From an uncultured Acidobacteriota bacterium (GTDB taxonomy: Bacteria > Actinomycetota > Acidimicrobiia > Spongiisociales > ZC4RG35): a DNA stretch of 64,000 bases. The stretch covers positions 23,736 to 87,735 of the forward strand of contig CAWBJJ010000002.1 in the NCBI GenBank assembly GCA_963789135.1. The letters run 5' to 3'. Shown here in pieces: positions 19,983 to 30,040 of this stretch. Within the stretch, counting starts at the first letter, position 1; the number at the start of each line of letters is the position of its first letter. The notes below the pieces were generated by a model. The model was not told the origin of the DNA. It was given only the letters and a program-made list of their open reading frames with translations, and searched no databases. The translations under genes were made by a program, and so were the position numbers.

Positions 19983-20370
19983 ATCGGACCGATTCTGGTG
20001 GCGGAAGACAACCCCATAAACCAGAAGGTGGCGATCCGGCAACTCGAAAAGCTCGGCTACAAGGCGGACGTCGCGGGAAATGGCCGCGAAGTCCTGGAGG
20101 CCCTGAGCCGCACGCGCTATCCCCTGGTACTGATGGACGTGCAGATGCCGGAGATGGATGGATTCGAGGCCACCGCCGAAATTCGCAGGCGCGAGGGCAC
20201 GACACATCACACCCCGATCATCGCAATGACCGCGCACACCATGACTGGGGAGCGCGAGAAATGCCTGCAGGCGGGGATGGACGATTACCTCGCCCAAGCC
20301 GGTCAAGATCGATGATCTTGCCGGCGTGCTCCGCCGCTGGATGGCGGAGTCTCCTGCCTCGTTGACGTAG
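19983..20370 (+). pseudogene. orphan response-regulator receiver domain (likely C-terminus of a lost hybrid histidine kinase) with a 1-nt frameshift at about 20293-20296
   Basis: Translation reads [13 protein letters not shown]...[15 protein letters not shown]...GMDDYLA, then the expected [15 protein letters not shown]... continues in the next frame to TAG 20368-20370. No kinase core lies upstream. Confidence 0.7.
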
Positions 20371-20404
20371 ATTTTCTCGCGCTCAGCTCTGGGATGGAAG
20401 TAGG

Positions 20405-21520
20405 TCAACGCGTCAGCGCCGCCTGCATCATGGCGCGGGTATAGCCGACGTTGTAGATCTCGCCCGAGAATCCTCCACCACCCGGATACTGATTACGGAT
20501 TGCGCCGTGATCGCGGTCGACGTCGATCGCCCGTGGATGTTCGGGGTAGATGGTCCTGGGATACTTCTGACGTACCAGCTCCTTCATCACCCCGAACAAA
20601 TCCACCTGCCCGTTGTCGAGGAACACCTCGGTGTAGTCGACGTACGGCTGGCGAACGACGACGTTGCGGAAGTGAACGTGGTTGATGCAGTCGCGCTCGC
20701 CCAGGTAGCGACAGACGGCAACGGGATCCTCTCCCATCTCGCGCGTGACGCCGCAATCGAAGGTCATCCCGTTGAAGGGGCTCTTGACGAGATTGAGGTA
20801 CTGCTTCCAGTGATCCACCGTTGCCATGATCTGCTCGGAGCCGCGGCTGATCGGCACCGGCGGGTCGTTCGGGTGCAGCGCCAGCCGGACGTTGGCCTTT
20901 TCGGCCTCTGGGACGACCGCCTTGAGGAAGTGCTCGGCGCGCTTCAACTGCTCGGCCCGTGTGTGCGTGCCGACCCCCTCTTTGGGCGGCAGGTTCTTTG
21001 AAAGCTCGTAGTCGTACGCCGTGTAACCTGCCCCCGCTCGTCCTGTTTCCTCTTTGTAGCCCTCCATGAGGCGGTTTGCGTAGAAGTTGTATTCGATGAC
21101 CGGCAGACCGGCTTTGCCCGCGGCGCGAATCGAGGCAATCACCTGTTCGATCTGCGCATCAGCCCCCGGCTTTCCCCAGATCACATCGTTGAAGCCGGAG
21201 ATCATCATGTTGAAGAGCGTGAGGCCGCCGGCCTTGAAGCTGTCGATTCGACTGCGGACGTCCTCTTCCGTCCACGGCATTTTCGGACCGCCGGTGAGCA
21301 CGTAGTCGACTCCGATCTGTTTGAGCCGCCGCATGCCCGCGTCGTCGACGGTTCCGTAGAATCCCAGACAGATCTTGGGCGTGTCCTTACCCTCGCCGGG
21401 CATCCGAGGAAACGACGGGGGGGTCTGAGCGGGAGCGGCTGACGCCGCGCGCGGGAACTGTGCCAGCGCCGCAACTCCCATCGACTGCAGTAGTCTTCGC
21501 CGGGTCAAGCGAGAGGGCAT
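20405..21520 (-). CDS. mannonate dehydratase (UxuA)-family TIM-barrel protein with a Tat signal
   Basis: Start is taken at ATG 21520 (MPSRLTRRRLLQSMGVAALA...). The body shows UxuA-like similarity (HPNDPP, FDCG, INHVHFRN). Confidence 0.7.
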   Translation of the reverse strand: MPSRLTRRRLLQSMGVAALAQFPRAASAAPAQTPPSFPRMPGEGKDTPKICLGFYGTVDDAGMRRLKQIGVDYVLTGGPKMPWTEEDVRSRIDSFKAGGLTLFNMMISGFNDVIWGKPGADAQIEQVIASIRAAGKAGLPVIEYNFYANRLMEGYKEETGRAGAGYTAYDYELSKNLPPKEGVGTHTRAEQLKRAEHFLKAVVPEAEKANVRLALHPNDPPVPISRGSEQIMATVDHWKQYLNLVKSPFNGMTFDCGVTREMGEDPVAVCRYLGERDCINHVHFRNVVVRQPYVDYTEVFLDNGQVDLFGVMKELVRQKYPRTIYPEHPRAIDVDRDHGAIRNQYPGGGGFSGEIYNVGYTRAMMQAALTR

Positions 21521-21737
21521 GGTGCTGCTCCTGTCGGTGGTGGAAATCGCCTCGCGACCGCTGCCTGCGTGACGATCGCGGCTACACGTTGTATCTCCGA
21601 ACAGGACGGCAGCGCAAGGATGTCGATCTTGATTCAGGTAGTGCGGTGTAGGCGGTGAACATCGTTCGAGAAGCGGTTTCAACCCATCGATCTTCCACTT
21701 TGACTTGATCTCGGCTGGACGCTACGCTCCATCTCTG

Positions 21738-24329
21738 ATGTCACTCGATCCCGGGACACGCCTGGGACCGTACAAATCCTTGGACCCGTCGGCGCCGGCG
21801 GTATGGGTGAGGTCTATCAGGCGCGCGACACGCGGCTCGGGCGGGTGGTCGCGGTCAAAGTACTGCGTCATGACCTTGCCGCCGATGCCGATCGCATCGA
21901 ACGTTTCGAGCGAGAAGCTCGTTCTGCATCTTCCCTGAACCATCCCAACATCGTCACTATTCACGACGTAGGCGTTTCCGGCTCGACGTCTTTCATCGCG
22001 ATGGAGCTCGTGGATGGCACGTCGCTCCGCAATATGTTGGTAGAGAGAAAGCCGCTACCGGTCGCCTCCGTGCTCGGGATTGGTGCGCAGATCGCGGAAG
22101 GACTGGCCAAGGCGCACGCCGTGGGAATCGTGCACCGGGATCTCAAACCAGAGAACGTGATGGTGACAGCCGAGGGACTGGTGAAGATCCTGGATTTCGG
22201 CCTGGCCAAGCTGGTTGCGCGGGACGAGCAGCTCGGCGCGCAGCTGGCGACGCAGGCCGGAACCTCGGTCGGGCTGCTGCTTGGTACCGTGGGATACATG
22301 TCCCCGGAACAGGCGACCGGGGCCGCCATCGATTACCGCTCGGACCAGTTCGCCCTGGGCGTCATTCTTTATGAACTGGCCACAGGCAGTCGGGCGTTTC
22401 GCCGCGACTCGGCACCGCAGACACTTGCGGCCATCATCGAGGACGATCCCGAACCACTCGCTTCGATCAATCCGCGGCTTCCTCCACAGTTTGCGCGCGT
22501 CGTGGCGAGGTGTCTGGCCAAGAAGCCCGAGGATCGGTACGAGTCGACGCGCGATCTCGCGCACGACCTGCGAGATCTGGTCCACGATTCGTCCGCGGGT
22601 TCTGGCGTCGCGGTTCCGCCCAAGCAGGCACGGGTCCCACGTCTGGTGTGGCTCGGTCTCCTCGCGGCATGCCTAGCGATTGTTGCCGGCGTGACCGCCT
22701 GGTTGATTGTTCGCTCGCCAGCTGACGATAAATCGCCGGCCCACGACATTCGAAGGATCGTCGCGGTCCTGCCGTTCAAGGATCTCACGGGAGATCCGTC
22801 ACAAGCCTACTTCGCTGCTGGTGTTACGGAAGAGATCCGCGGACAGCTGTCCAGGCTTGTCGCCCTGCGGCTTTTGAGCCGCGGCGCGGTACAGCGGTAC
22901 GGCGAGGCTGACATTCGGCGGCTCCGGACCGAGCTCGGCGCCGGGAGCGCCGTTGAAGGTAGCGTTCGACTCGAGCGCGATCGAGTGCGGGTCGCGGTCC
23001 AACTAATCGATACCGCCACCGAGCAGACGCTCTGGTCGGAGCAGTACGATCGGACGCTCGCCGGCGTGTTGTCGGTTCAGAGCGATGTCGCGCTTCGCAT
23101 CGCCGAGGCGTTGAACGCGACGCTCAGCTCGGACGAGCGCCGCCGTGTCGAAAAGGCTCCTACCGAGAACGCCGAAGCCTATCGGACATATTTGCGATCG
23201 CTGGAGCTGAGTTCGCTCGAGCGGCAGCAGAATCTCCGCGGCATCGAACTCTTGCGCAAGGCTCTCGAACTCGACCCAAAGTTCGCGTTGGCCCAGGCCC
23301 GTCTCGCGTATCGCACGTTCTTTCTTGCCTACTACGACGATCCCAAGTACCTGGACCTGGCCATCGAGCAGGCGCTCCGTTCCATCGATATGGACCCGAC
23401 GCTCTCCACCGGGTTCGTCGCGCTGGCCAGCGCGTACGCTGTGAAGGGATGGGCCGCGAAGGCGCGTGCCGCCTTCCTGAAGGCGCAGGAGCTCAATCCA
23501 GGCGATTCGTCTCCGGTGGCGAACCTCGCCGTAACCGAGTCGGAGGTACTCGGTCGGCACGATGCCGGTCTTTCCCACGCGCGCCGGTTGCTCGACTTCG
23601 GACCGGTGCAGGCCAACGGCCTCTACCATATCGCCTGGCCGATGCTCTTTCTTCGTGACGATGCGACCACTGACCGGTGGCTGAAGGAAGCGGAGCAGCG
23701 CTTTCCAAGTTTCCCTCGTCTTCAATACCTCCGTGCCGGTTTTGACTACCTGCGCGGCAATGAAGCGGAGGCACTGTCCCGCATGCGGAAGCTCGGCGAG
23801 TCGCACCCGGCCAATGAAGAAATCCTCACCGTTCTTGCCGAGCTGACCTACCTCACCGGAGCATCCGATGCGGAAGTCCGTACTGAACGATTCTTTCGCC
23901 GCGCTCCAGGCCTCGCGACAACGCAGTTCCTGAAACCGGAATCGCACCAGACAACGTATGCGCACCTGTTGATGAAGCGCGGAGAACGCACACGGGGTCT
24001 CGAGCTTCTGGAGAGCGCCATGCGCGTGGCCCAGGCCGCACTTGCTGACGGCAACGAAGCGGTACCGAGTACCGATGGAAATCGCCGCAATCCACGCCGC
24101 GAGGAACGAGAGGGAACAAGCGCTGGAGTGGCTGGAGCGGGGTTTCACCGCTGGCTACAAGGACTACGCAACGCTTGCCCGCACTCCGATATTCGAGAAC
24201 GTCCGGGGCGATGCACGGTTCGCGGCGGTGCTCAAGAAAATGGAACAGGCCGTGGCCGCGATGCGCGACGGTTCGAGTGTGCTCGCGGAGTTGCGGACGA
24301 TGCCGTTTCCGACAGTCGCGCCGCGCTGA
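21738..24329 (+). CDS. Ser/Thr protein kinase with TM segment and C-terminal TPR domain; two frame breaks (about 21775 and 24062-24075)
   Basis: The N-terminus MSLDPGTRLGPYK is in one frame and ILGPVGAGGMGEVYQARD in the next. The C-terminus continues in ORF 24042..24329 after a 7-bp duplication. Confidence 0.8.
24062..24075 (+). repeat. exact 7-bp tandem duplication GTACCGA GTACCGA that breaks the kinase frame
   Basis: Read directly. Removing one copy gives ...DGNEAVPMEIAAIHAARNEREQALEWLERGF... in frame. Confidence 0.9.
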
Positions 24330-24480
24330 CGCGCACGGTCGGCTGCGTGCCGCAAGACGAACGGCAGATATGCTAGAAATTTAGCACGATCGCAGCCTCG
24401 TCGTTACTCGGTGGTTACGGCAATGAAGCTCGCGGCTGGACGCTGGTGGCTGGAAGCTGGAGGCTGGTTATAATCCGCTG

Positions 24481-24861
24481 GTGTCTGAGACCGATGTGAC
24501 CGCGCGGCTGGCCGCGATGGAAGCGCAGATTGAAGAATTGAAATCCGTGCAGGAGCTGCTGCTCCGGCTGCTGTCGACCAGCCGGCCGCTGGCGAAGCTC
24601 CTGGAGTATTACGGGGCGACGGATACAAATGAGCAGTCGCTTTACAAGCTGCTCGATGAGCTCGTCGAGCGGATCCGCGGCCCCAAGTTCCGCGAACCGA
24701 CGTTCGGCTCGTTCGTGCAGCGCCTCGGGGAGATCTTTCCCGAGATGCGCGGTGACCGGGAGTTCATCCAGCTGCTGATGGACACGCTGCGCGTCGAGCG
24801 GCCAGCCTACCGCGACCTTCACGGCTTCATGGTCACCCACGGCTGGCCGGTCTGGGACTGA
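24481..24861 (+). CDS. hypothetical protein (126 aa, helical)
   Basis: GTG start, strong GC3 bias, and a hairpin follows the stop. Confidence 0.55.
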   Translation: MSETDVTARLAAMEAQIEELKSVQELLLRLLSTSRPLAKLLEYYGATDTNEQSLYKLLDELVERIRGPKFREPTFGSFVQRLGEIFPEMRGDREFIQLLMDTLRVERPAYRDLHGFMVTHGWPVWD

Positions 24862-24884
24862 AGGGGACACTCAGCGTGTCCCCT
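24862..24884 (+). terminator. stem-loop AGGGGACAC-TCAGC-GTGTCCCCT followed by TTGG
   Basis: A 9-bp perfect stem lies immediately after the stop at 24861. Confidence 0.5.
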
Positions 24885-24935
24885 TTGGTCGCCTTCGCCT
24901 ACAGCACGCCGGCGGATCCGCCGAAAATCTCGTTG

Positions 24936-25163
24936 ATGGTCTGGTTTTTCCATCGTGGTCGCGAGCATCTGCGAGTGGAAACCCGGCGTAGCCGATCCGG
25001 AGAGTTCATCCTGATCCTGCACCAGGCCGACGGCACGCAGCTGGTCGACCGCTTCAAGAGTCAGGGCAAGTTTCGAAAGAGACTGCACGATCTCGAGCGT
25101 AAGCTGGCGAGGGCCCGTTGGACGACGCGTTCAGCCGCTGACAGCGCGCGAAGCGAACGGTAG
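24936..25163 (+). CDS. hypothetical small protein (75 aa from ATG 24936; the track ORF starts at 24876 inside the hairpin)
   Basis: Translation is MVWFFHRGREHLRVETRRSRSGEFILILHQADGTQLVDRF... with moderate GC3 and no clear RBS. Confidence 0.35.
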   Translation: MVWFFHRGREHLRVETRRSRSGEFILILHQADGTQLVDRFKSQGKFRKRLHDLERKLARARWTTRSAADSARSER

Positions 25164-25302
25164 GTCCTCCCACCGCTCGGCATCCGGTCCCCCCGTCCGG
25201 CGAGCCCGACCCCACAGCCCGGCCGTTCGCACCTTCCCGGTAGCTGCCATCCCCCAGCCGCCTTAGCCTTCGCCTGGCGCTTCGGCGCCACGGAGGTATT
25301 CG

Positions 25303-26778
25303 ATGCACAACTACAGTCTCGTTGCCCGGTGCCTGCTCGTATGCGCCATCAGCGCCGCCGCGCCCTCTGCCTGGGCGCAGGCGACGTCGCCCGGTGACAA
25401 GGTTCCAATTACAACTTCATCAGACGAAGCGCGTCAGCTGTTTCTCAAGGGCAGGGATCTCGCTGAGAAGCTGCGCGCGACCGACGGCCGAAAGTTCTAC
25501 GAGCAGGCCATCGCCAAGGACAAGAACTTCGCCATGGGTTATGTCGGGCTCGCCAACACGTCGGGAACGAACAAAGAGTTCGTCGACGCCGTGACCAAGG
25601 CGGCGTCGCTCGCCAGTCAGGTCAGCGAAGGGGAGCGGCACATCATCCTCGCGCTCGACTCCGGATTGAAGGGAGACCCGGCCGCCGTCGTGACTCATTA
25701 CAGCGACCTCGTTCGGCTGTTTCCGAACGACGAGCGCGCCCACACGCTGTTGGGCAACGTCTACTTCGGACGGCAGGACTACGAGACCGCCGTCAAGCAC
25801 TTCGTGAAGGCGACGACCATCAACCCCTCGTTCTCGCAGCCGTACAACCAGCTGGGCTACGCGTATCGGTTCCTCGAGAAGTTCGGCGACGCGGAAACCG
25901 CGTTCAAGAAATACGTCGAGCTCATCCCCAGCGATCCCAATCCGCACGACTCCTACGCCGAACTGCTGATGAAGATGGGCCGCTTCGACGAGTCGATCAA
26001 GGCTTACGAGAAGGCGCTCTCGCTCGATCCCAACTTCGTCGCCTCCTACGTCGGCATCGGCAACAACCACCTGGCCGCTGGCCGGCCCGAGCAGGCGCGA
26101 ACCGCGTTCGCGCGTATTGCCGCCGTAGCCCGAACAACGGGCGAACGCCGCCTCGCCCGATTCTGGACGGCTGCGTCGTACGTGCACGAAGGGGCGACCG
26201 ACAAGGCCCTCGACGAGCTCCGTGCGGGGTACGTGCTCGCGGAGGCGGAAAACGATTTCGGCACGCTCTCAGGCGACTTGAACCTGATGGGAGACGTGCT
26301 TCGGGAGGCAGGGCGGCTGGATGAAGCCACGGCCAAGTACACCGAAGCTGTGACTGCCATCAACAAGGCGCAGGTACCCGACCAGGTGAAGGAGGCGACT
26401 CGCCGCAATCACCTGTTCGAGCAGGCGCGCGTGGCTGTCGCGAAAAAGGATCTGGCCACGGCCAAGGCCAAGGCGGCCGAGTACACGACCCAGGTGGCGG
26501 TGAAGAAGGTCCCGTTCGAAGTCCGTCAACAGCATGAGTTGGCAGGACTCATCGCCCTGGCCGACAAGCAGCCGGCCATGGCCGCACAGGAGTTCGCGCG
26601 CGCCAATCAGCAGGATCCGAAGATCCTGTTCCTCACGGCCATCGCGTGGCGTGAAGCGGGGAATGCTGCGAAAGCCACGTCGTTCGCGACCAAGGCGGCC
26701 AAGTTCAATGGCCTCGCGTTCAACTACGGCTACGTCCGGAAGAAGGCGGAAAAGTTTTCCAGCTCTCCGACGGAATGA
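25303..26778 (+). CDS. secreted TPR-repeat protein
   Basis: A signal peptide is present (LLVCAISAAAPSAWA). The body has multiple TPR-like helical repeats. Confidence 0.8.
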   Translation: MHNYSLVARCLLVCAISAAAPSAWAQATSPGDKVPITTSSDEARQLFLKGRDLAEKLRATDGRKFYEQAIAKDKNFAMGYVGLANTSGTNKEFVDAVTKAASLASQVSEGERHIILALDSGLKGDPAAVVTHYSDLVRLFPNDERAHTLLGNVYFGRQDYETAVKHFVKATTINPSFSQPYNQLGYAYRFLEKFGDAETAFKKYVELIPSDPNPHDSYAELLMKMGRFDESIKAYEKALSLDPNFVASYVGIGNNHLAAGRPEQARTAFARIAAVARTTGERRLARFWTAASYVHEGATDKALDELRAGYVLAEAENDFGTLSGDLNLMGDVLREAGRLDEATAKYTEAVTAINKAQVPDQVKEATRRNHLFEQARVAVAKKDLATAKAKAAEYTTQVAVKKVPFEVRQQHELAGLIALADKQPAMAAQEFARANQQDPKILFLTAIAWREAGNAAKATSFATKAAKFNGLAFNYGYVRKKAEKFSSSPTE

Positions 26779-26953
26779 CGTCGGACGATGTCATACGTTT
26801 CACGACTTCTTTCCGTGAGCGTATGCAATTTCGCAGGAAGTAAGTGATACGGAGCCTCTTCGCTCGACGCGGTCCACTTGCGCGTGCCACGCGTGGATCG
26901 GGTATTGCTCGGCGTCCACGCGCTCAAGCCAATTCATCGCGAGGAGGAGTCAC

Positions 26954-27538
26954 ATGGACATCAAACGTAGGAAATTCTTCGAGCGGGCCGGTCTGGGGTC
27001 GGCAGCTCTGCTGTCGTTACCCATTCTCGGTGGCGCTGCGAAGTCGAAGTCCTCAGGCAAGGAGGAGCATCGGCACGACAAGATCAGCGGACCACTGGCC
27101 TCGGCTACCGTCAGCTTCGGGCAGTGGTCGGCGGATGGGCTCGACAGATTCCCTGATCAAGTGGCGGGTCCGCCGCCCACTGGACTACCCAACGAACACA
27201 CGCTTGTCCCCAATGTGTCGTTGATCAAGGCCGGCGGGTCGGTGAACTTCATCATTGCGGGGTTTCACCATGTGCTGGTGTACGGGGACGGCAAGAAACC
27301 AACCGATGTCCAGATCGATCCCGCCCATCAGATCAGTGTCACCAATCCTCCGGGACCGCCGCTGATCAATGACGAGGACGGCCGAGTCTATCGCGGCCTC
27401 GACCCGAGCCTGCCCCTCCTGGCGCTGCAGGATCGCGTCGAAGTCGTGCACTTTCCAGAAAAGGGACTGTATCTGGTGATCTGCGGCGTGCTTCCGCATT
27501 TCAACGACGGTATGTACGGCTGGGTCAGAGTGGTCTGA
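26954..27538 (+). CDS. Tat-exported cupredoxin-like (type-1 copper) protein
   Basis: Twin-arginine signal MDIKRRKFFERAG and a GAGGAGGAG RBS are present. Candidate copper ligands are GFHH... and C-x4-H-x4-M in YLVICGVLPHFNDGMYGWV. Confidence 0.55.
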   Translation: MDIKRRKFFERAGLGSAALLSLPILGGAAKSKSSGKEEHRHDKISGPLASATVSFGQWSADGLDRFPDQVAGPPPTGLPNEHTLVPNVSLIKAGGSVNFIIAGFHHVLVYGDGKKPTDVQIDPAHQISVTNPPGPPLINDEDGRVYRGLDPSLPLLALQDRVEVVHFPEKGLYLVICGVLPHFNDGMYGWVRVV

Positions 27539-27603
27539 AGAAAGGAAGAAGGAGGAAGGGAAGAAGGAAGGAAAGGAAGAAGTCTTCATCCTTCCTCCTT
27601 CCC
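27537..27603. terminator. 46-nt pure purine tract plus complementary pyrimidine arm between convergent genes
   Basis: Positions 27537-27582 contain only A/G, followed by TCTTCATCCTTCCTCCTTCCC. The 19-mer CTTCATCCTTCCTCCTTCC is shared with 15205-15223. Confidence 0.55.
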
Positions 27604-27646
27604 ACTTCAGTGCTCGCGGCCCCGCTCGCGCCGCAGCGCTCTTCCT

Positions 27647-28501
27647 TTATTTCAGATACCAGTGAGCAGAGAGTCCGACTCGCAGTCCACCGAGCTCGAA
27701 GCCGTCGTACGGCGCGTGCGTCCAGCGATATCCGAGATCGGTACTCACCGCCAGTCGGGGGGCACTCGCGAACGTGAACTCACCGCCGCCGAACGCCTGG
27801 AACCCGGTCTCGCTGGTCGATCCGAAGCCAGCCTGCGTCGCGCGCTGCAGGCTTGCCCCGCCGCCGATATACGGGCGCAGCCACACGTAATCTCCCACGC
27901 GATCGGGCAGTGAAAACAGCACGCTCGGTGCTACTTCCAACAACGTGACGCTACCGGGCGCAACCGCGCTCGAGATCGCGTAGCGCGATACCTCCGCTTG
28001 CACGCCGAGGCGTTTCCGCGTCCAACCGCGCAGCGTGGCGCCGAAGCCGAGCGTTGAACCGCCCATCCGGCCGCCGAACCCCACGACGCGCGAAATCCCG
28101 TTGCTTCTCGGCGCCGGCTGGCTTCCGAAGTCCGCGGGCCCGCCGTTCATCGCGGCGTTTGGAGCGAGTGCGGACTGCGGCGTGGAACGATCGATGCCGG
28201 CCACCTGCTGCCCCGGAACCGCGGTTGCCTGGCCTGCGAGCGTGCCAGCGGTCACACGCACGTAACCGACGGCATCAGGTTCTGCTGGCCACGAGACCTT
28301 GACCCAATCGCCGAGCTCGCGAAGCACTTCGAGAACCGCGCCGCGCGGCGCCTGGCCGACGACCGGGCTGGCCACGCTGGGTCCCTTGTAAACGGTCGCC
28401 GACGCGGTGTTCACGGTCAGCTGGACATTCTGCGCATACAGCCACGCCGGGCTGACGCAAAGTGCGACGGCGACGGCGACAGCATGACGAATCATTTCCA
28501 T
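27647..28501 (-). CDS. secreted SH3-domain protein with a C-terminal beta-barrel-like region (putative outer-membrane protein)
   Basis: Start is at ATG 28501 (GGAGG upstream; MEMIRHAVAVAVALCVSPAWLYA signal). An SH3_3-like segment (YKGPSVASPVVGQAPRGAVLEVL) is followed by an alternating-pattern C-terminus. Confidence 0.6.
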   Translation of the reverse strand: MEMIRHAVAVAVALCVSPAWLYAQNVQLTVNTASATVYKGPSVASPVVGQAPRGAVLEVLRELGDWVKVSWPAEPDAVGYVRVTAGTLAGQATAVPGQQVAGIDRSTPQSALAPNAAMNGGPADFGSQPAPRSNGISRVVGFGGRMGGSTLGFGATLRGWTRKRLGVQAEVSRYAISSAVAPGSVTLLEVAPSVLFSLPDRVGDYVWLRPYIGGGASLQRATQAGFGSTSETGFQAFGGGEFTFASAPRLAVSTDLGYRWTHAPYDGFELGGLRVGLSAHWYLK

Positions 28502-28541
28502 ACCTCCTGCTTGACTAACGACTAACGACCAACGACTCACG

Positions 28542-29744
28542 TTACTGATCGCTGGTGATGGTCTTGAGCACGTCCAGCGATGCCCCCTCGGTTCGATCGG
28601 CCTTCCGCAGTGTGAGCATGTCGCGCGCGTGCAAACCCTCCACGCGCAGGCGCCAGCTCTCATCGCGCAGCCGGAGGTATTCCTCCGCACTGGCGACGAT
28701 GGGTTGATGTTGCTCGGGTACACGGTCGAGTGACTTCAGACGGAGACGAACGGATTGCAGCTCCGGAAGGATGGTGCCGTTGATGACCTGGGCGAGCGCG
28801 TCGGCATTGATCCCGCCAAGCTTGAACTGCTCGACGGCTTTGTCGTACGCGCCGGCCGTCCGGCTTTCGAATGCCACGACACGCGCAATCTCCGGTTTCA
28901 CGTCCAGGTATCCGCGACGGGGGACGGCAAAGACCGCGGCAACGACCAGCGTGACCACGAGCGCGACGCTGCTGCGCAACGCCGGCGCCTTGCGCACACC
29001 GATCCCCGCCGTCAGGGCGAGGCCGCAGACGAGTCCCATCATCAGGCCGTGCGGTGCGCGCGCGCCGGACAGCTCGCCTGTCGCCACGCTGTACAAGAGA
29101 AAGATCACGGCGCTCGGCACGAGGGCCTTGATGGCCGTCAGCGGAACCGACACGCGCGACGGCTGTAGCAGTCCCCAGATCACCGACGCCACGAACATGC
29201 CGTAGACCCCGAAAATTGCGCCGGACGCGCCGACGCTGATCGCCATGGGATCGGCGGTCAGACTGGCGGCGTTTGCCACGACTCCCGATCCCACGTACAC
29301 GGTGGCGATTGCCAGCGGACCGGCGAGCCGTTCCACGAGCAGGCCCACCATGACCAGCCCGACGAGGTCCATCAGCAGGTGCAGCAGGCCGCCATGCACG
29401 AACAGCGACGTGAGGAGCCGCCACCATTCACCGTGCGTCGTTCGCGGACCGACGCTGGCGCCCCACGCGACGAGTGTCTCGGGATCGGAAACGGAACCAT
29501 CCGCGAAAACCATCTGGAAGAACATCAGCACGTTCAGGAGGACGATGCCGGCCGTGAACACCGGCAGACGAGTTCGCTCGCGCAGCGCGTCGAAGAACGG
29601 ACCCGACTGCACGTGCGCGCGGTGCGTCAGACGCACGGCCGATTGCAACGCCGGCCCAGCGCTGCCGAGCAATCGTCGTCGCTCGTCCGGCGACATGACG
29701 TACAAAGCGAACGCGCCAAGCACGAGAAGTACAAAAATGAACAT
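28542..29744 (-). CDS. rhomboid-family intramembrane serine protease with a C-terminal soluble extension
   Basis: Rhomboid motifs EWWRLLTSLFVHGGLLHLLMD and GASGAIFG are present. Confidence 0.85.
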   Translation of the reverse strand: MFIFVLLVLGAFALYVMSPDERRRLLGSAGPALQSAVRLTHRAHVQSGPFFDALRERTRLPVFTAGIVLLNVLMFFQMVFADGSVSDPETLVAWGASVGPRTTHGEWWRLLTSLFVHGGLLHLLMDLVGLVMVGLLVERLAGPLAIATVYVGSGVVANAASLTADPMAISVGASGAIFGVYGMFVASVIWGLLQPSRVSVPLTAIKALVPSAVIFLLYSVATGELSGARAPHGLMMGLVCGLALTAGIGVRKAPALRSSVALVVTLVVAAVFAVPRRGYLDVKPEIARVVAFESRTAGAYDKAVEQFKLGGINADALAQVINGTILPELQSVRLRLKSLDRVPEQHQPIVASAEEYLRLRDESWRLRVEGLHARDMLTLRKADRTEGASLDVLKTITSDQ

Positions 29745-30040
29745 TGACGGCTACCCGGAACAACTCAAGACGTATGCCGGCAGACAGGAGCGTTTCAGGC
29801 GGGTTTTCGGGCTTTGGAGGTGTGTCAGAAACGTGAAAATTTCAAGACTCGCGACCCGGTGGACGACTTTGTAATAGCTGGTTCAGGCTGTCGGTTCCAG
29901 CCACAACGTCTTCGATGTACTTCGAGCCAAGAATGGTTAGCGAGGAATGGCCTCGGTCCGGGGTGTTCGCTTGTCAAAAGCGACAGGAGCACAGGAGGTA
30001 AGGAGCAATTCCGAAAACCGGCAGCAGGCCTGTTGGCAAA

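Noticed and set aside
24442-24449. GCTGGTGG, identical to the E. coli Chi site, within a run of GCTGG repeats.
   Set aside because: Chi sequences are lineage-specific, and a single 8-mer match in GC-rich DNA is expected by chance. There is no evidence that it functions here.
29745-30040. 296-nt lower-GC spacer between the rhomboid and lipoprotein genes (track ORF 29814..30134), considered as an ncRNA or small gene.
   Set aside because: It has no convincing structure or conserved motif, and the ORF translation has no coding-like bias or family resemblance. It is most likely the promoter region of the rhomboid gene.
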